Shown here piece by piece: positions 42,943 to 59,228 of a stretch of DNA of 64,000 bases; within the stretch, counting starts at the first letter, position 1; the number at the start of each line of letters is the position of its first letter. The translations under genes and the position numbers were made by a program. The notes beneath the pieces are model-generated. The model made no database searches, was not told the DNA's origin, and saw only the letters and a program-made list of their open reading frames with translations. Source of the DNA: Octopus sinensis (taxonomy: Eukaryota); NCBI RefSeq assembly GCF_006345805.1, contig NC_042997.1, forward strand, positions 180,730,001-180,794,000. The letters run 5' to 3'.

Positions 42943-45316
42943 ATTTGTGTGTGTTTGTATGTCTGCGCGTACCTGTGCATATATCCATCTGTGTGTCTTT
43001 GTGTAAACGTATATATTCATATGCGTGTATATAATAAATATAAATTTACGTATGTGTGTATATGTATATTATATACATGCATCACACATACATGTAAATA
43101 TGACTCATCTATGATGGGAGCAAGATAACGAGGATTTGCTCTCAACGTAAGCATTGATACAGAAAAAAAGAGAAAGAAAAACAAAAGGATCGTTGTAAGC
43201 CCGGTCAGCCTGATTTTCCACCAGACCTGCTGGAAATCAATTCAGAAAATATCTTCAAAGAGAAATGTTCGGCACCTCTCTCCATACAACTCAATGATGT
43301 GGCACTAAAGTAGCATATGACAATTTCCATCAATATATGCAAGCCATATGCATTGAATTGATTCGAGAGAGAACGACCAATATTCGGCAATATAGAATTC
43401 CCAGAGACAGGTAAATTGTGAAGAAACAAAGAACAAATGTATTAAATCACATAAATGGACAAATCGATGACAGCATAAAAGTCACTTAAAAAGACACACT
43501 TAGATATTGAGGATGAAATAAAAGACTCCTGTAAATTGAAAAGGAGAGAATAGAAAGGGAAACTAGGATTTGGTAAATATCGGAAAAATACCCCAAACGA
43601 TTTCAAGAAAGTGGCAAATGAAATAGCTTTAATGCATCACAAAATGTATATAACCATTGTTTAAAGGAAAATACCTTACCAACTGCATACACCCAATAGG
43701 TAAATGAATAACAAAATGAAATATCCACATTATTCAACACTCTCCTGGAACATGTAAATAAATATGCCAGATTTATGCGTAAATATGCGTAGAGAAGAGG
43801 CAGACCTTGATAACATCGATTGATATCAAAGAGGTAAATGAAATGTTGAGAAAAGTATCTCAAACTTAGAAATAAACCTTAATGTATTTCCGATTATTCT
43901 CCTAAAAATGTCTTTTGCAAACCAATGTGAAGGCCGTCAAATCTTCCACGCGAGAGCAAAATTTTATACGAAGCAAGAGGCACTGAATATAAGAGAATAA
44001 TTTGAATAGGTGATAACAATTACAGGCTAATCTCCTAGATATACATATAACCAATATTAGTGGACGGATATTAAGAGAAAAGATTATGCGTTTTGGGAGT
44101 AAAAAGCTTTGCCCAGTGATAGTATGTTTCCGTCCATGTAGAAGCTGACCCAACTTCTAGACTATAGACCGGAGATGTCATTGCAGTTGTTCAATCAAAT
44201 GTTGATTTAATAAACACTGGTATTGTGAAGATTTTCGAAAATTTTAATCATGGAATATTCTATCATATTTGGAAAACTACGTGAGAAGCTCTGTGACCCC
44301 TTACAGAAACAGATTGAAACAGGCTACGACAGGCAGATTTTTCCGTTTTCGTTTTCCAAAAAATTCGCTTATTAAGAGTATAAGCTCAGGATCCTGTCTA
44401 GTCGAAATTGTTTTTCATAACAGTTTGAGAGAACCCTTGCGATATGCGAAGTCACACTCCTATAATAAGCTATGTTGTTGATGCGAAAGGGAGAAAAACA
44501 ATTGAATCTCGATTGCTTTTAAATAACGAGGAAAGACGTTAGTGTCATTTTAACACTTGAACTTTAGTATCATTTTAACGCTTGAGCTTAAATGTCATTT
44601 TAACACTTGAACTTTGTCATTCGAAAACAATACATAATTTAATGGCAGAAAATTTCATATATTTCTCAATCATTTTTTACACGTGCAGCCTATGTACAAG
44701 CCCAAGGCAGGTTTCAATCAAAGACCCATAATTTAGTACAGAAGCTGATATTTATATCAACTAATATCATATCATGTATTCAGAATATATACTGACAACA
44801 ACGGGCAGACAATTGGCAGGAGAGATTCTGATATCATTTATCGTATAACACTTCTCAGAAAAAGATAACAAATCATACAGGTTGAATGCCTTTTCCACAG
44901 TCATCTAGACTTTCCACTGAATTATGTTCCTTAGTATGTTTGTAAAGCTAACTCTGGAACGAGAAGTACGTAGATGCACTATCATGAAAACAGTTTCATA
45001 AATACTGCAGACCTATTTGCAAACGTTGAAAATATGAATTTATCTCATGTATTGTTATGTCACACATTCGGATGCCTTCTACTCAACTCGACACTACTAC
45101 TCTACTGCTCTCACCGCTACTCAACTGTTCTAGTCTTCGCCCTCTATATCTACGTATTGGGCTAGTCTATTTCATCGTCTGGGGGCGTCTACACAACATG
45201 TATCAAATAAGAGAAAAGTATCATTTAAATTATAACTGGAAGACTTAGGAAAGTTTGGCATAAACCTTTAGCATTTACTGCGATGTTAATTAGCACTCTG
45301 AGCACACTTACAAATT

Positions 45317-45549
45317 ACCTATTTCTTTTCTACCCACAAGGGGATAAAAATAGAGGGGACAAACAAGGACAGACAAACGGATTAAGTCGATTATATCGAC
45401 CCCAGTGTGTAACTGGTACTTATTTATTAATCCTGAAAGGATGAAAGGCAAAGTCGACCTCGGCGGAATTTGAACTCAGAACGTAACGGCAGACGAAATA
45501 CGGCTACGCATTTCGCCCGGCGTGTTAACGTGTCTGCCAGCTCGCCGCC
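45317..45549 (-). mobile_element. SINE family A monomer
   Basis: Full head (GGCGAGCTGGCAGA..) to 3' end AAAGAAATAGGT. Confidence 0.9.
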
Positions 45550-47166
45550 TTACATTTACAAACTATTACATTCTTGCACACCTTGAATGGACAGTAGGGA
45601 CTAAAAACTTTTGCCTCGTCAGATTTATTCCGGTGAAAAAAGAACTAAACCTATTCGCATGTTTATAATTTCAACCATTCCTTGGACACCATGCACCAGA
45701 TGGACCAATTTCTTGGTAAGTAACTCATATCACACCAACGGCATGAAATTCACACATACAAGACTACCAATCAATGAAAAAATCCTACTATAGTATTAAT
45801 AGTGATGGATCTGTAACAATAGTATTAACTTGCTAAAACTCGTAAAAAGAAGAAAAAAGTTGGTGCACGTGTACAGTTAAACAAACCACACAACTGGTAG
45901 CAATATTTACTGTTATGAAAATAAATATCTGTGTGACTCTCCCGATTTTGCTCTCATGTGTCGCATGTTATATATACATATTACTTAATGGAGGAAGATA
46001 AATGTTATAATCGGACATATTGAATATGAGGTAATAATCTGTTAAGTAAATTAATTATAAATTCCTTTATAAGAGCCTAAAGTCTGAATTAAATATTGCA
46101 ATTTATGTAATGCTATTATTTATTTATATATGAAATTGATATATTAAGATTCGGCATGTTGAAACGTAAAATTCAGTTAATTCGAATTAAATTAAGTGTA
46201 CAGTTACTAGTAGTCTATTTTGGCTGTGTGGTTACTAAAATAATATCAGCATAAGACTCTAGAATTTGAAATTTTAGGGTTTTTTTATTTCACCCAAACA
46301 ACACACTATATATTCAAAGTAGCACCCTTTTATATAATGAGTTCATTCATAGGAAATGTAAGGAAATAATTACAATACATACATTCTTTTAACCTTTCTC
46401 GGAGAATGACTGTAAAAGATTTAACAATACAAAGTGTTCAATTCTATAAATAAGGTGTTAAATATTCTATCAATTTAAAATAAAACATCAGTTTACCAGT
46501 ATTTTCTCATCACACAGTCCATAGAGCTAGCTGACATATTTAAACAAACTTGTGTGGCCAGATTTTGTAATTAATATATACTTATGTACGCCATAGCGTT
46601 TCTCAGCGACCTAGAAAGATTTAAATTAGTCTAGGGCACTCGAAAGCCTTTGCTAAAAAATCAGAACAGGTGATAATGCATCTTGTTATTTCTTTCCAAC
46701 ACAGAAAACTAAATGTAACCACCCTTTCACAGTTTTGGACTGTTTATCAAATGACAAATATCCACACATCCTTCTGTCCAAGAAAGAACAATTTATCGTA
46801 AGTGCGTTTTAAATCAGAGTCAACAATTAACCTGTTGACGCTAAGCCCCTTAGCATACCGTGTATACTAAATTTATCGCTACGAATATACATGTGATCTG
46901 TAAAGGCAATATAGTTTTACATTTGTAAACACCAACTGTATTGACAATCCTCAATCGCCCTTGAAAACAAATATTTAACTAACATGTTTGAAGAATTGAT
47001 AAACGTATCGCCGACAAGTTTATTTGAATAGCATGCCGTTCAATGAAATTCACACGGCATAAATAACAACAGACAAATTTAAACCACAGACAAACACAAA
47101 TACAGAACAGGTTCTAATCGACAGATGCATAGCTATCAGCTACGAACACGCATGCATGCATCTTTG

Positions 47167-48592
<1,426 letters not shown>

Positions 48593-48617
48593 AACTCGTG
48601 TGTTCCTTTTCACCCTT

Positions 48618-48677
<60 letters not shown>

Positions 48678-49087
48678 TATGACCATCGTCCATCTTTCTT
48701 TTCCACACGTGATCAGCTTCCTTTTCCTTCAGGACTGTCTTCAGGACTGGACGTATTCTACCTCTCTCTTCTATCTTTTCTCTTTTCAAAAAGATATTTC
48801 TGCAGCGTTCTGTTATTTCACCCTTGTTCTGGTCTAACGACCCTCCATGTTTGCTTTCGTTTGGTTTCCTTGTATGTCGCCAGTGTTCTGTTTTTTTTTC
48901 CAACTTTGTCGTTCAATGCTCGAAATGAGGAGTAAGATATACAGCCGACAACTGATGAAGGGTCGTTCTTTATGTTACTTGTCCTGTTTCCATTTGTTTC
49001 TCTCGTTGTTTGTGCATTGAACGCATTTTTTTTTCGTATTTCATGTTGTTTACTGTTGGTGACGTCCTGTACCCATATATGCATATG

Positions 49088-49134
<47 letters not shown>

Positions 49135-49190
49135 CTACCCAGGTATCGGTTAACCGAATTATCCATACTAAGATAATTCATTCAACTACT

Positions 49191-49255
<65 letters not shown>

Positions 49256-49330
49256 ATGTATGTATGTATGTATGCATATATATATATATGCATATATATA
49301 TATTTATGTGCATATATATATATATACAGT

Positions 49331-49545
49331 GGAGGCGCAATGGCCTAGTGGTTAGGGCAGCGGACTTGCGGTCGGAGGATCGCGGTTTCGATTCCCAGAC
49401 CGGGCGTTGTGTGTGTTTATTGAGCGAAAACACCTAAAAGCTCCACGAGGCTCCGGCAGGAGGTGGTGATCCCTGCTGTACTCTTTCACCACTCTAAAAG
49501 GCGGTGCTCCAGCATGGCCGCAGTCAAATGACTGAAACAAGTACA
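49331..49545 (+). mobile_element. SINE family D head/body joined to a family B-type tail
   Basis: Family D sequence runs to ~49494, then AAAGGCGGTGCTCCAGCATGGCCGCAGTCAAATGACTGAAACAAGT. Confidence 0.75.
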
Positions 49546-50288
49546 GAAAAAAAATACATATATACTAGCTTAAAAGCCGCCCTATGGGGCCACATTTATG
49601 CTGCCTCTTGTGGAGGGCTCTTCATTAGGCCTGGGACCCAACAACGATACTTCATACATTGAATACATATTAAGTTTTATCAAACTTCAACAATATTTTT
49701 CAAGCGATGAACAATTTTAATCAAAAGAATGATATATTTTGTTGACTTGGAACTGATTGCAAAGCTGCATGATAAACAACAGTATTACTACAATCGTCAT
49801 ACACGCCCTGCCATACACATCCCATTCAAACTTCTAACGCCACCACCATCAGTGTCTTTGACTTCGCCGCCTTCCCCTCCATCACCATCACCATCACCAC
49901 TGTCTTTCACATTGCTTACTCTCATTTCATCCATCACCCTCTCGGCTACCACCACCACCACCACCATCTTCACCACCGCCTCCGCCTCTGTCAGAACTAC
50001 AGTTCATACTATTACTATCATCCCATTAAAATAAAATAAAGGCTAAATGTGCGTGTTCGTTCAGTATGTTACTTCAACCTGTTAGTACAGTGGTCAGTCC
50101 CTCTTTCTCCCACATACCCACTTTTCCTCTCTCTGTTTCTCTTATTATTACTCCCACTGCCACCATCATCACTACTACTTTTGATAAAGATATCGTCAAC
50201 TCTCCCTAAATTTCTTTGTCTCTCTCTCTCCCTCTCTTTTTCTCTCTGTATGCCTACTATTACTCTCATCCGAACATGAGCCATAGTA

Positions 50289-50518
50289 GGAGCTGGCAGA
50301 AACATTAGCACGCCGGGACAAATGCGTAGCCGTATTTCGTCTGCCGTTACGTTCTGAGTTCAAATTCCGCCGAGGTCGACTTTGCCTTTCATCCTTTCGG
50401 GGTCGATAAATTAAGTACCAGTTACGCACTGGGGTCGATGTAATCGACTTAATCCGTTTGGCTGTCCTTGTTTGTCCTCTCTGTGTTTAGCCCCTTGTGG
50501 GTAATAAAGAAATAGGAA
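50289..50518 (+). mobile_element. SINE family A monomer
   Basis: AGCTGGCAGAAACATTAGCACG head, GAGTTCAAATTCC B box, central domain, AAAGAAATAGG end. Confidence 0.9.
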
Positions 50519-52639
50519 TGTCAATGAATGGTAAGAGAGGGGATCGAAGTGTGACGCACTGACACACAGAAATTACTTTTTCGCATTTATTATATTAGAC
50601 ACACACACACACGCACACATACACATGCACACACACACACAAACAAACACATATACATGTACTTAGAAATGCGTATAGTTATGTACACATATATGCAAGC
50701 AAATTATATATATATATCCACGATTAAAACTTCGAGCAAGCTATATTTCTTTGCACCTGTTCCTTTTCATTTTCGCTTCCTTATTAACAGCTGAACATTC
50801 ATTTTCCTATTATAAACACATATTTATTTATATGGAAACACGTATGTGTATACACACTTACAAATGCAATAATATATCATACATATTTATACTTGAATAT
50901 ACCCATATATATGGATACGCATTATATTCATTATATTACTCGCGTGGGCGCAAGCACACACATACACACACCCAACACACACGCACATACATTCACACAC
51001 AAATACACACGCATGCACACACACACACACACACATATACACGAACATTTGTATGCGTGTGCACTTGCGTGGATATGACTCTGCTTTCGGTTAACGCTTT
51101 TACATTACTCACTTTAATACATAAACAGTTTTCATATAATCATTCTCCAGATGCAAGTGTTAGTTTCGGATCGTTTATCTTAAATGTGAAGTTAACATAG
51201 CTGGTGAAATATGAAAAGGAAATAAATGCACAATTTTTTGGCGCAGAACATTCATGTTAATGTCTTTGATTTACATATCCTGTTTCAGCAAGGCCATCTG
51301 CGTAATACTCGTTAGTGAAGAGAGTAAACCTCTCAAACCACACCTCTGCTTTTAAGAAGTAAATGATATTTGGTTTTAGTTAGTGGATAATTTAGTTTGG
51401 TCTCGACATATTTTCTTCTCTCCTTTTTTCTTTCTTTTCTCTCTCTCTCTTTTCTTTTTTTTTAATGTTTATTCTGTAGATGTTGGAAAAGCTTGAAAAC
51501 CACAATTCGAGTCCTTATTGCAGTCAGTATTTTTTGTTTTCAGACGAACATAAGATAGAAGATACATGGGTGCTAAAGCAGTTGAATACAATATTCTTTA
51601 CTTGTTTAACACGGTTAATATTCGATTTCTGCTTTATCCATCCCCACAAATAATCGGTTTATATCCATGGTAGTTTTATCTTTAATTTTCTTAATAGCAG
51701 GTTCTGTATGTAAATGAGTCGCTAAGTACTTTGCTCGAAATGCATAACGTATACTCTAACGTAAACATGAATCCTCAACAACATAAGTTACCCATTACAC
51801 ACTCTTTCTTTGTGGTATCTATTTCAATAAGATACTGGTGAGTATTTTCTTTTGAATCTACTGTAGAATCGGTGAGAAATTTCTTCAAAACACCTAATTG
51901 ATGGAAATATATTTAAATTAACAATGGCAGGCTTCTGTTCTTGTACTGAGATTGTGGAGTCAGTTTTCATTTCTTACTCAATTTGTTATTCATATGATTG
52001 AAAATATATGTATTTTGTTTTTGTGTTAATTTAGAGTGGAAAGTAGTTTTTTTTTTGTTTTGTTTTTTGTAACTATACAAAATGTCTCAGGATGTAAACT
52101 TTGGAGAATAAGTGAGTAATCGTGAAGTTTCAATGTCAGTAGTTATTGGAAATATATACCTAGCAAGGGAATCATACATGATTAATATTTTATAGAAAAA
52201 CAGCTGCAAATATTTTTCTCGACAGGAACTCATATACTTGAGAGCAAAACATGAAGAAAATCATATATAGCGCTAATATGTAACAAACATTGGCAAAACA
52301 ATGACGAAAGTTTAACTGCGAAAGATTGTTTTTCTGATAGACTCTATCATTCAAACGAATAGCTTTCTTTGTATAATAAATGATTTTAATTTTCTCATTA
52401 GACTGACTGGTATGAAACGAACGGAATTGTTTATAAGATACTTTAAATAGGTTTCAATTACTGAAGATGTTTTTAATATAATTTGCAAACATTGCTTTAA
52501 TAAAACCTGTAATAATTGTACTAAGGGCTGAGCAATGTATAAACTGAAAAACATAGGCTATTATGAAGTCTTTCGCTTGAGAAATCCCTTCATTTGAGAG
52601 TCTTTCATCGGGTATATAAAATTCGATGCTCTTAACACA

Positions 52640-53600
52640 TTTGAATGTACTTCACATCAGCCCTTATAGTTGCTCACATTATCTTCTTCAGGTGTTGAGT
52701 CTTAGACACAAACGTTTTGTCATCCAATACTCAAGATATTTGTATGAAAATCAAGGACATGGTAAACGCCTAACTCCCACAGCAAAAACAAATCAGGTGG
52801 ATGAACATGTGTGGACTCCGTTTGTGAGACACGTCTTTCCACAGCTCGTCTCCTTGATGGAGCTACAATTCTGGTTGAAGGAAAGAGTGAGACTTAGCGT
52901 CTGGCACTTAGAATGTCGTCAGACGCTCAGAACTCCCAACTAAATGGACAATGGGATCGGTGGATGTTCCATGTTAGCAGTATATAGTGGATTAGTAGCG
53001 GGGATAAATAACGATATCCTCAGGGAGAAATTGGGCGCCGATAAGAACGAACTGCCGAGTCTATTCTGGAGGACTTTCCGGTTGAAGACTGTCATTGATA
53101 ATTTCCAGAAGTCCTTGGCCTGGCAGTGCTACCAAATGGAACTTCCGCTTTGAGATAAGCGCTGCAAGCACACGCAGTCAGATAGGTTTGTCCGAAATGG
53201 GCGCAGTCCACGAAACATTTCTGCATGCAGTAGTTTAGTGTCCGAGGATTGCTGAATTATAGAGTTATGCCCAGTAGCTTGTCATCCGGGACAAATCCAT
53301 CTATCAGCTGTTTCCATAGTGATAATTGCTCCGCTGAACACCTTTGACCTTGCAGGTAAGTCAGTTTTCCTTTGTCTGGTGGCTACTGGGAAAGAGTTTG
53401 TCAAGTGGACGAGGTTAAAAAGTATGGTACATTGTCACGGCTTTCATCGACTTTTTCAAATTTCACTTGAAAAAAAATGGAGGATAGAGTATGATGTACT
53501 GCTACCGTGCGAATTTACAGAAAGATGGGTGAAAGTGGAACAAAAGGCAAGCATGGATCTGTTGATTGTTCGATTCTTTAATCATGTCACAATATTTCGT
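52640..53600 (+). mobile_element. Decayed L1/Tx1-like LINE ORF2 C-terminal region (zf-RVT-like)
   Basis: ORFs 52626, 52944 and 53319 share one frame: LFWRTF..FQKSLAWQCY..LPL*DK. A frameshifted CPK..ETFLHAVV*C Cys/His motif follows, then ..VFLCLVA..KE..WTRLK..RW. Confidence 0.7.
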
Positions 53601-53619
53601 TGGTTTAACCTGCAATCTC

Positions 53620-53765
53620 TCTGAGTTCAAATTTCGTTGAGTCGACTTTACCTGTCATCTTTTTCTGGTTGATAAAATAACTACCAGTTAAGCACTGAGG
53701 TCGCTGTAATGAACTTACTCCCTTTCCAGAATTGCTGGTCTTTCGCCAAAGTTTGAAAACAATAT
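53620..53765 (+). mobile_element. SINE family A partial copy
   Basis: GAGTTCAAATTTCG..GTCGACTTTACC..GATAAAATAACTACCAG. Confidence 0.7.
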
Positions 53766-53804
53766 TGTTGTTGTCGTTGTTATTGTTGTTGCTGTTGCTG
53801 TCGA

Positions 53805-54154
53805 GCGAACGGTCTTCGTCCCTGAGCTCGCAAAATGGAAGAAGTCCGAAACGTGATCCTTTGCTATTCGTAAGACCCGCAGAAGAGAAAGCAGGTTACC
53901 CCCCGACACCGAGAGCATCGATGGATGGATGATTGCGCATCCAGGCTCAGCGGTTGCGTAGAAAGTCGGGGACAAGAAACAGGAAGAAAGAGTGAGAGAA
54001 AGTTGAAGCGAAAGAGTACAAGAGGGGTCGCTACCCACCCCTGCCGGAGCCTCGAGGAGCTTTAGGTGTTTTCGCTCAATAAACACACACAACGCCCGGT
54101 CTGGGAATCGAAACCGCGAGTCCGCTGCCCTAACCACAGGACCATTGCGCCTTC
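53805..54154 (-). mobile_element. SINE family D with long 3' tail ending in (AAC)n-like repeats
   Basis: Minus strand GAAGGCGCAATGGTCCTGTGGTTAGGGCAGCGGACTCGCG..GAGCGAAAACACC. Confidence 0.82.
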
Positions 54155-55378
54155 ACTGCTGTTGCTGTTGTGCTCTTGTTGTGATGGTTTTTGTTTTTTT
54201 TACTTCTACTATGTTCATCTTTATCCAGTTTTGGCCATGTAGGGATTCCCTTACCAACACTTTATCAGAGAATGTTATAGCCTCAATTCTAGCTTAGATT
54301 TTAGTTGTCTCAGTTTTTGTTCTCTCTCTTTATAGCAATGTGTTATATAATCCTGTTTTGTTGGCTTCTTTGAAGACGGAAATAATACTTTTCTTCACGT
54401 GTCTTAGATATTTATATGCGTAAAGCCCCTGGCAATCTGTTTTCTTTTTAATCAATATAACCTTTGTACGTCAGATTATAAGTGGTATATTCTACGAAAA
54501 TGCAATTTTTTTTTCTTCCTTTTCCTGTCCGGTCCTTTTAGTTTGCTTACAATATTATAATTGCAAATTAAAATATCATAATTACAACTTATTGAAATGA
54601 CAGCTAGAATATTGATCCCACTTGCCTTAGTTTTTGAGTTTAACTCTGATTTAGGTATTAATCGAATACGGTCTTTCCTATACTTTTATTTCATCTTTGC
54701 GTTGAATACCATCTTGTTCATTGAATGCTAATTATGTGTATGCTTAAAGTAGGTTTTTCTTCTTTTAATTCAGTGTTCATCATATTGGTTGCTAACTTTG
54801 GCACAAAACTAGCAATTTTAGGAGGAGATAAGTTCATTACATTGACCCCAATTTTGAACTGATATTTAAGTGCTGCTGTGCATTTTGCCCGGCGTGGTTA
54901 ATGATTCCGCCAGCTCATTGTCTTCAGTGTTCATAATATTAAGTGTTCGATGGTAGCAAGCTGGCAAGGTGGCCAATCTTAAGCAGAAATAGGCCAAGAG
55001 AAAACTGTCTTCGAAGGGTTGGGCAGAGGTGACGAATACATACATCTCATCCGTTATATATTAGAAATATAGGTTTAGATAGCCAAGTGCTACCTCCCAG
55101 CAATTTTATTGAAAACTGAGAATGTAGCAAGAACGGTCCGAGTGAAGTTGACTTCGCCTTTCTACCTTTCGGAGAAGTTTGAAAGATGACGCTTCTGAGA
55201 GGACACTTGCCCGACTGGTCATGGTTTTATGGGGTCTCTACGTGCAGCCCTACAAAGGTCTACTTCTTTCGGAGAATATTTCGTTGTCAGAATTTATAGT
55301 GTTATCGTTTTCACTATCTACACACTTATATTTATGTAACCCTACATTGTATAGTCCTGTATCATCCCCAGTGGTTTT

Positions 55379-55975
55379 GGCGAGCTGGCAGAAGCGTTAG
55401 CACGTCGGGCGAAATGCTTAGCGGTATTTCGTCTGTCTTTATGTTCTGAGTTCAAATTCCGCCGAGCTCGACTTTGCCTTTCATCCTTTCGGGGCCGATA
55501 AATGAAGTACCAGTTGCATACCGGGGTTGACTAATCGACTGGTCCCCTCCCCAAAAATGTCGGGCCTGTGCCTAGAGTGGAAAAGAAAGCAAGAAAGCTC
55601 TATTATTATTGCTGAGATCAACTTTGCCTTTAATCCTTTCGGGGTCGATTAAATAAGTACTAGTTACGCATTGGGGTCGATGTAATCGACTTAATCCCTT
55701 TGTCTGTTCTTGTTTTTCCCTTCTATATTAAGCCCCTTGTGGGTAATAAAGAAATTGGTATTTCGTCTGCCGCTACGTTCTGAGTTCAAATTCCGCCGAG
55801 GTCAACTTTGCTTTTCATCCTTTCGGGGTCGATTAAATAAGTACCAGTTACGCACTGGGGTTGATATAACCGACTTAATCCGTTTGTCTTTCCGTGTTTG
55901 TCTCTTCTGTGTTTAGCCCCTTGTGGGTAGTAAAGAAATAGGTATTTCGTCCGTCTGTCTTTACGTTCTGAGTTG
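55379..55975 (+). mobile_element. SINE family A cluster/multimer
   Basis: Head copy 55379-55560, followed by tandem units joined at AAGAAAT(T/A)GGTATTTCG. Confidence 0.88.
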
Positions 55976-56847
55976 AAAGCCCACCTACGTCACATTGCCT
56001 CTCATCCATTCTAGATCGATGAAATAAATACAGACTGAGCTGTGGAGATTCATGTAATCTCAGTTAGAACCTCCGGCAACATTTCAAGCCTCGAGTCGAT
56101 AGTTGAACGGATTATTATTATTATTGCTGTCGTCGTCGTCGTCTTCGACATTATTGTTGTTTCAGTTTTATTGAGTGTTTGAATGCGAAGTATTGAAAAT
56201 TAGCATTCTGTAATTAAATCTTATATGGTTCATTATTCAATCTGTTGGAATTAACTGGGCCACAGAAATTCAATTTTCAAAAACATGATTTCTAATATAG
56301 CTTTGTCATTCATTTTGCTTTGTAGTTAGTGATAAAATAAATATATTAGCCATCCTAGATTTAGTTGTTTCCGAGATAGATTAATTCAAAGAACACGTCA
56401 AAACCTCTCTGCTGGTGGTCAATATTTTTGATAGAATGATATATTGGATTCGAAAACTGATAGAAGCTAAAAGGAATGGCACACATCTAAAGGAACTTAA
56501 GTTGTTTCAAAGTAATTGATTCACTAGAATAATATTATACGTGTGAAATATCGTGGTCTTCTGCTTATTTAAACTTTGATGGTACTGTCCACTTAATTAC
56601 CAATATTGATTCGCATTTACACAGATGACCAGTAATTTTAGCAACACAAAACGTGATTTGTTCTTTGTTTATCGCTCCCGGGATAAGGAAAACCAAAAAC
56701 TTACCAAAACTAAACATTGATATTTCTGAAAAGTAGATGTTCATTCTACTTATTTAAAATGATAAAGAACAGGGGTGTCTGAATGAGCTTGAACTTGAGT
56801 CACGTCGTTCCGCAACTGCCATCGAGCTAATTAAAGAATTCTTTTTC

Positions 56848-57261
56848 CGTTTCTTTACTGCCCACAAGGGGCTAAACACAGAGAGGACAAACAAGGACAG
56901 ACAAACGGATTAAATCGATTACATCGACCCCAGTGCATAACTGGTACTTAATTTATCGACCCCGAAAGGATGAAAGGCAAAGTCGACCTCGACGGAATTT
57001 GAACTCAGAACGTAGCGGCAGACGAAATACCTATTTCTTTACTACCCTCAAGGGGCTAAACGCAGAGAGACAAACAAGGACAGACAAACGGATTAAGTCG
57101 ATTACATCGACACCAGTGCGTAACTGGTACTTAATTTATCGACCCCGAAAGGATGAAGGGCAAAGTCGACCTCGGCGGAATTTGAACTCAGAACGTAACG
57201 GCAAACGAAATACGGCTACGCATTTCCCCCGGCGTTCTAATGATTCTGCCAGCTCACCGCC
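56848..57261 (-). mobile_element. SINE family A dimer
   Basis: Head unit plus a second unit joined at 57024-57037. Confidence 0.9.
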
Positions 57262-57912
57262 CCGCTAATTGAAGAATTATTTTTCTCCTACAGGCTCAAA
57301 ATAGAATTTTCAAAAATAAATAATGAAATAAAAGAAAAAACATATAACATCAAAAACAAAAATAAGAATAGTAAAACAGAAAACGGGTCTGTTTGAGAAA
57401 AGAAAATAGAATTTCCAACAAGTAAGTACTAGATTTACTGTATCATAGGATTAAGTAAACGATTTTTAGGGTTGGGGAGTAAATATTCCATCCAGACCAA
57501 TTCCATCTTGTAAACCATTTTGAAATGTTTATGTATTACGGCAATAATAGGTTAACTGTGCTTGTTGTATCATTGCTTTGATATTTAATACCGAAACTGT
57601 CTGACAACCTTCGTTTGATAAGACGTTTACCTAGAACGGTCGAGAATAACTTTAACCACCTTCATGTTTCACCTGTTTTTGTTGTTTTTTTTTTAACATT
57701 TTCTAATGATTGAAACGATATATTTGTTTTGTTTCAGGGGTTATTTTTATACTTGTTCAAATTTATTAGTTTGTTTTTATGTTTATGAAAAAGTAACAAA
57801 TTGTAAATAACCTGTATTTTTGTACTTGAAAATTTACACGCACACACTTGCATGCACGTATTCTTTTGATGGATAGAGAGATAGATGATAGATAGAAAGA
57901 TAGATAGATAGT

Positions 57913-57943
<31 letters not shown>

Positions 57944-58741
57944 GTAAACACGAGTTAATGTGTATATATCTATGTATGCATATGTATGTGTATATATATA
58001 TATATAATATATATATATATACAAGTATGTGTTTGCACGACTACCTATATATGTATATATATGCTATATACATAAACATATATCCATCTAAAAAACGCAC
58101 ACACACACACATATATATCGTTTGGGTATAGTAGATGAGTTCAGCAAAAATTTAGATTCAGATGAATATGATACTTAAGTTGAGGCACCAGAATTTAGTG
58201 CGGTATCATCCATACAATTTCAAAATAAGGTGTTTAAAATCAAAATAAGCAATAAGGATATCCAGAGGTAATGCAGAACGATCGTTTCAAGCAACTCCAT
58301 TTAATTGAACAATATATATATACAAGTAACAATTGATGTACAGGTGTCAATTTATTACATCCGTTTCTAACGAATGTTTTTAACTGTTTAATGATTACCT
58401 TATATCATTATACAGAACCGTTTTCTTCAGGTGGATGCATGGATTTAAAATAATTTAAAATCCACGGCACATAATATCTAGTGTTTCTACGACTGGTCTT
58501 TGCTGCAGAATTTAATCAAATGTATATTTAATAAAATGTACATGTCTGAATAGCTTAAGAGCGGATTATATACTCAGTTGGGTTCAATTAACTGCATACA
58601 TTACCTGAATATCATTCTGCTAGTACCTCTGTACCAAGGTTAGTATTCATTTATAATTGTTTTGTGTGCATTATTCCGACCTAACTAGATGCCTCACCTT
58701 TAAATAACTTATTCAACTGTACATACATACATACATACATA

Positions 58742-58777
<36 letters not shown>

Positions 58778-58779
58778 TA

Positions 58780-59176
58780 TCTTTATATATAAAAGAGAGG
58801 TTGTGTGCTGTCTGTCTCCTACGATTTAGATTCCTAACTACTCCCACATTTTGCGGTGCAGTGTAACCAAAAGCGGGTATCTTATAGTCGTGATTCATAT
58901 CGAGCCCTTTTGGGTATTAGCGCGCGTCTACGATGAGTCTACGATTTAAAAAAAAAATTACCATAATTTTCCGCATTTTTAATGCATTTTCGCTCGGTTT
59001 ATATAAGGGAAGTAACTCTCTAAAAATGTATTGTTAAATCTCAGAACGTAAAAAGCTACACTAACACCCCCCTTTGTGGTTAGCCATATTGAGATGGCTA
59101 TTATACTTTACATCTCTAAAAGCGCTTATATAGTTATTTCCCTTACAAACCCGAGCAAGGCCGGGCGATACTGCTA

Positions 59177-59177
<1 letters not shown>
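58780..59177 (+). mobile_element. Non-autonomous Helitron (same family as 14446-15080)
   Basis: A|TC 5' end, shared 5' segment, CCCGAGCAAGGCCGGG hairpin, CTAG|T 3' end. Confidence 0.88.
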
Positions 59178-59223
<46 letters not shown>

Positions 59224-59228
59224 ATATA

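Noticed and set aside
43130-44500. Possible ancient LINE RT remnant (KPGQPDFPPD-like)
   Set aside because: Only one weak motif; no convincing downstream RT motifs.
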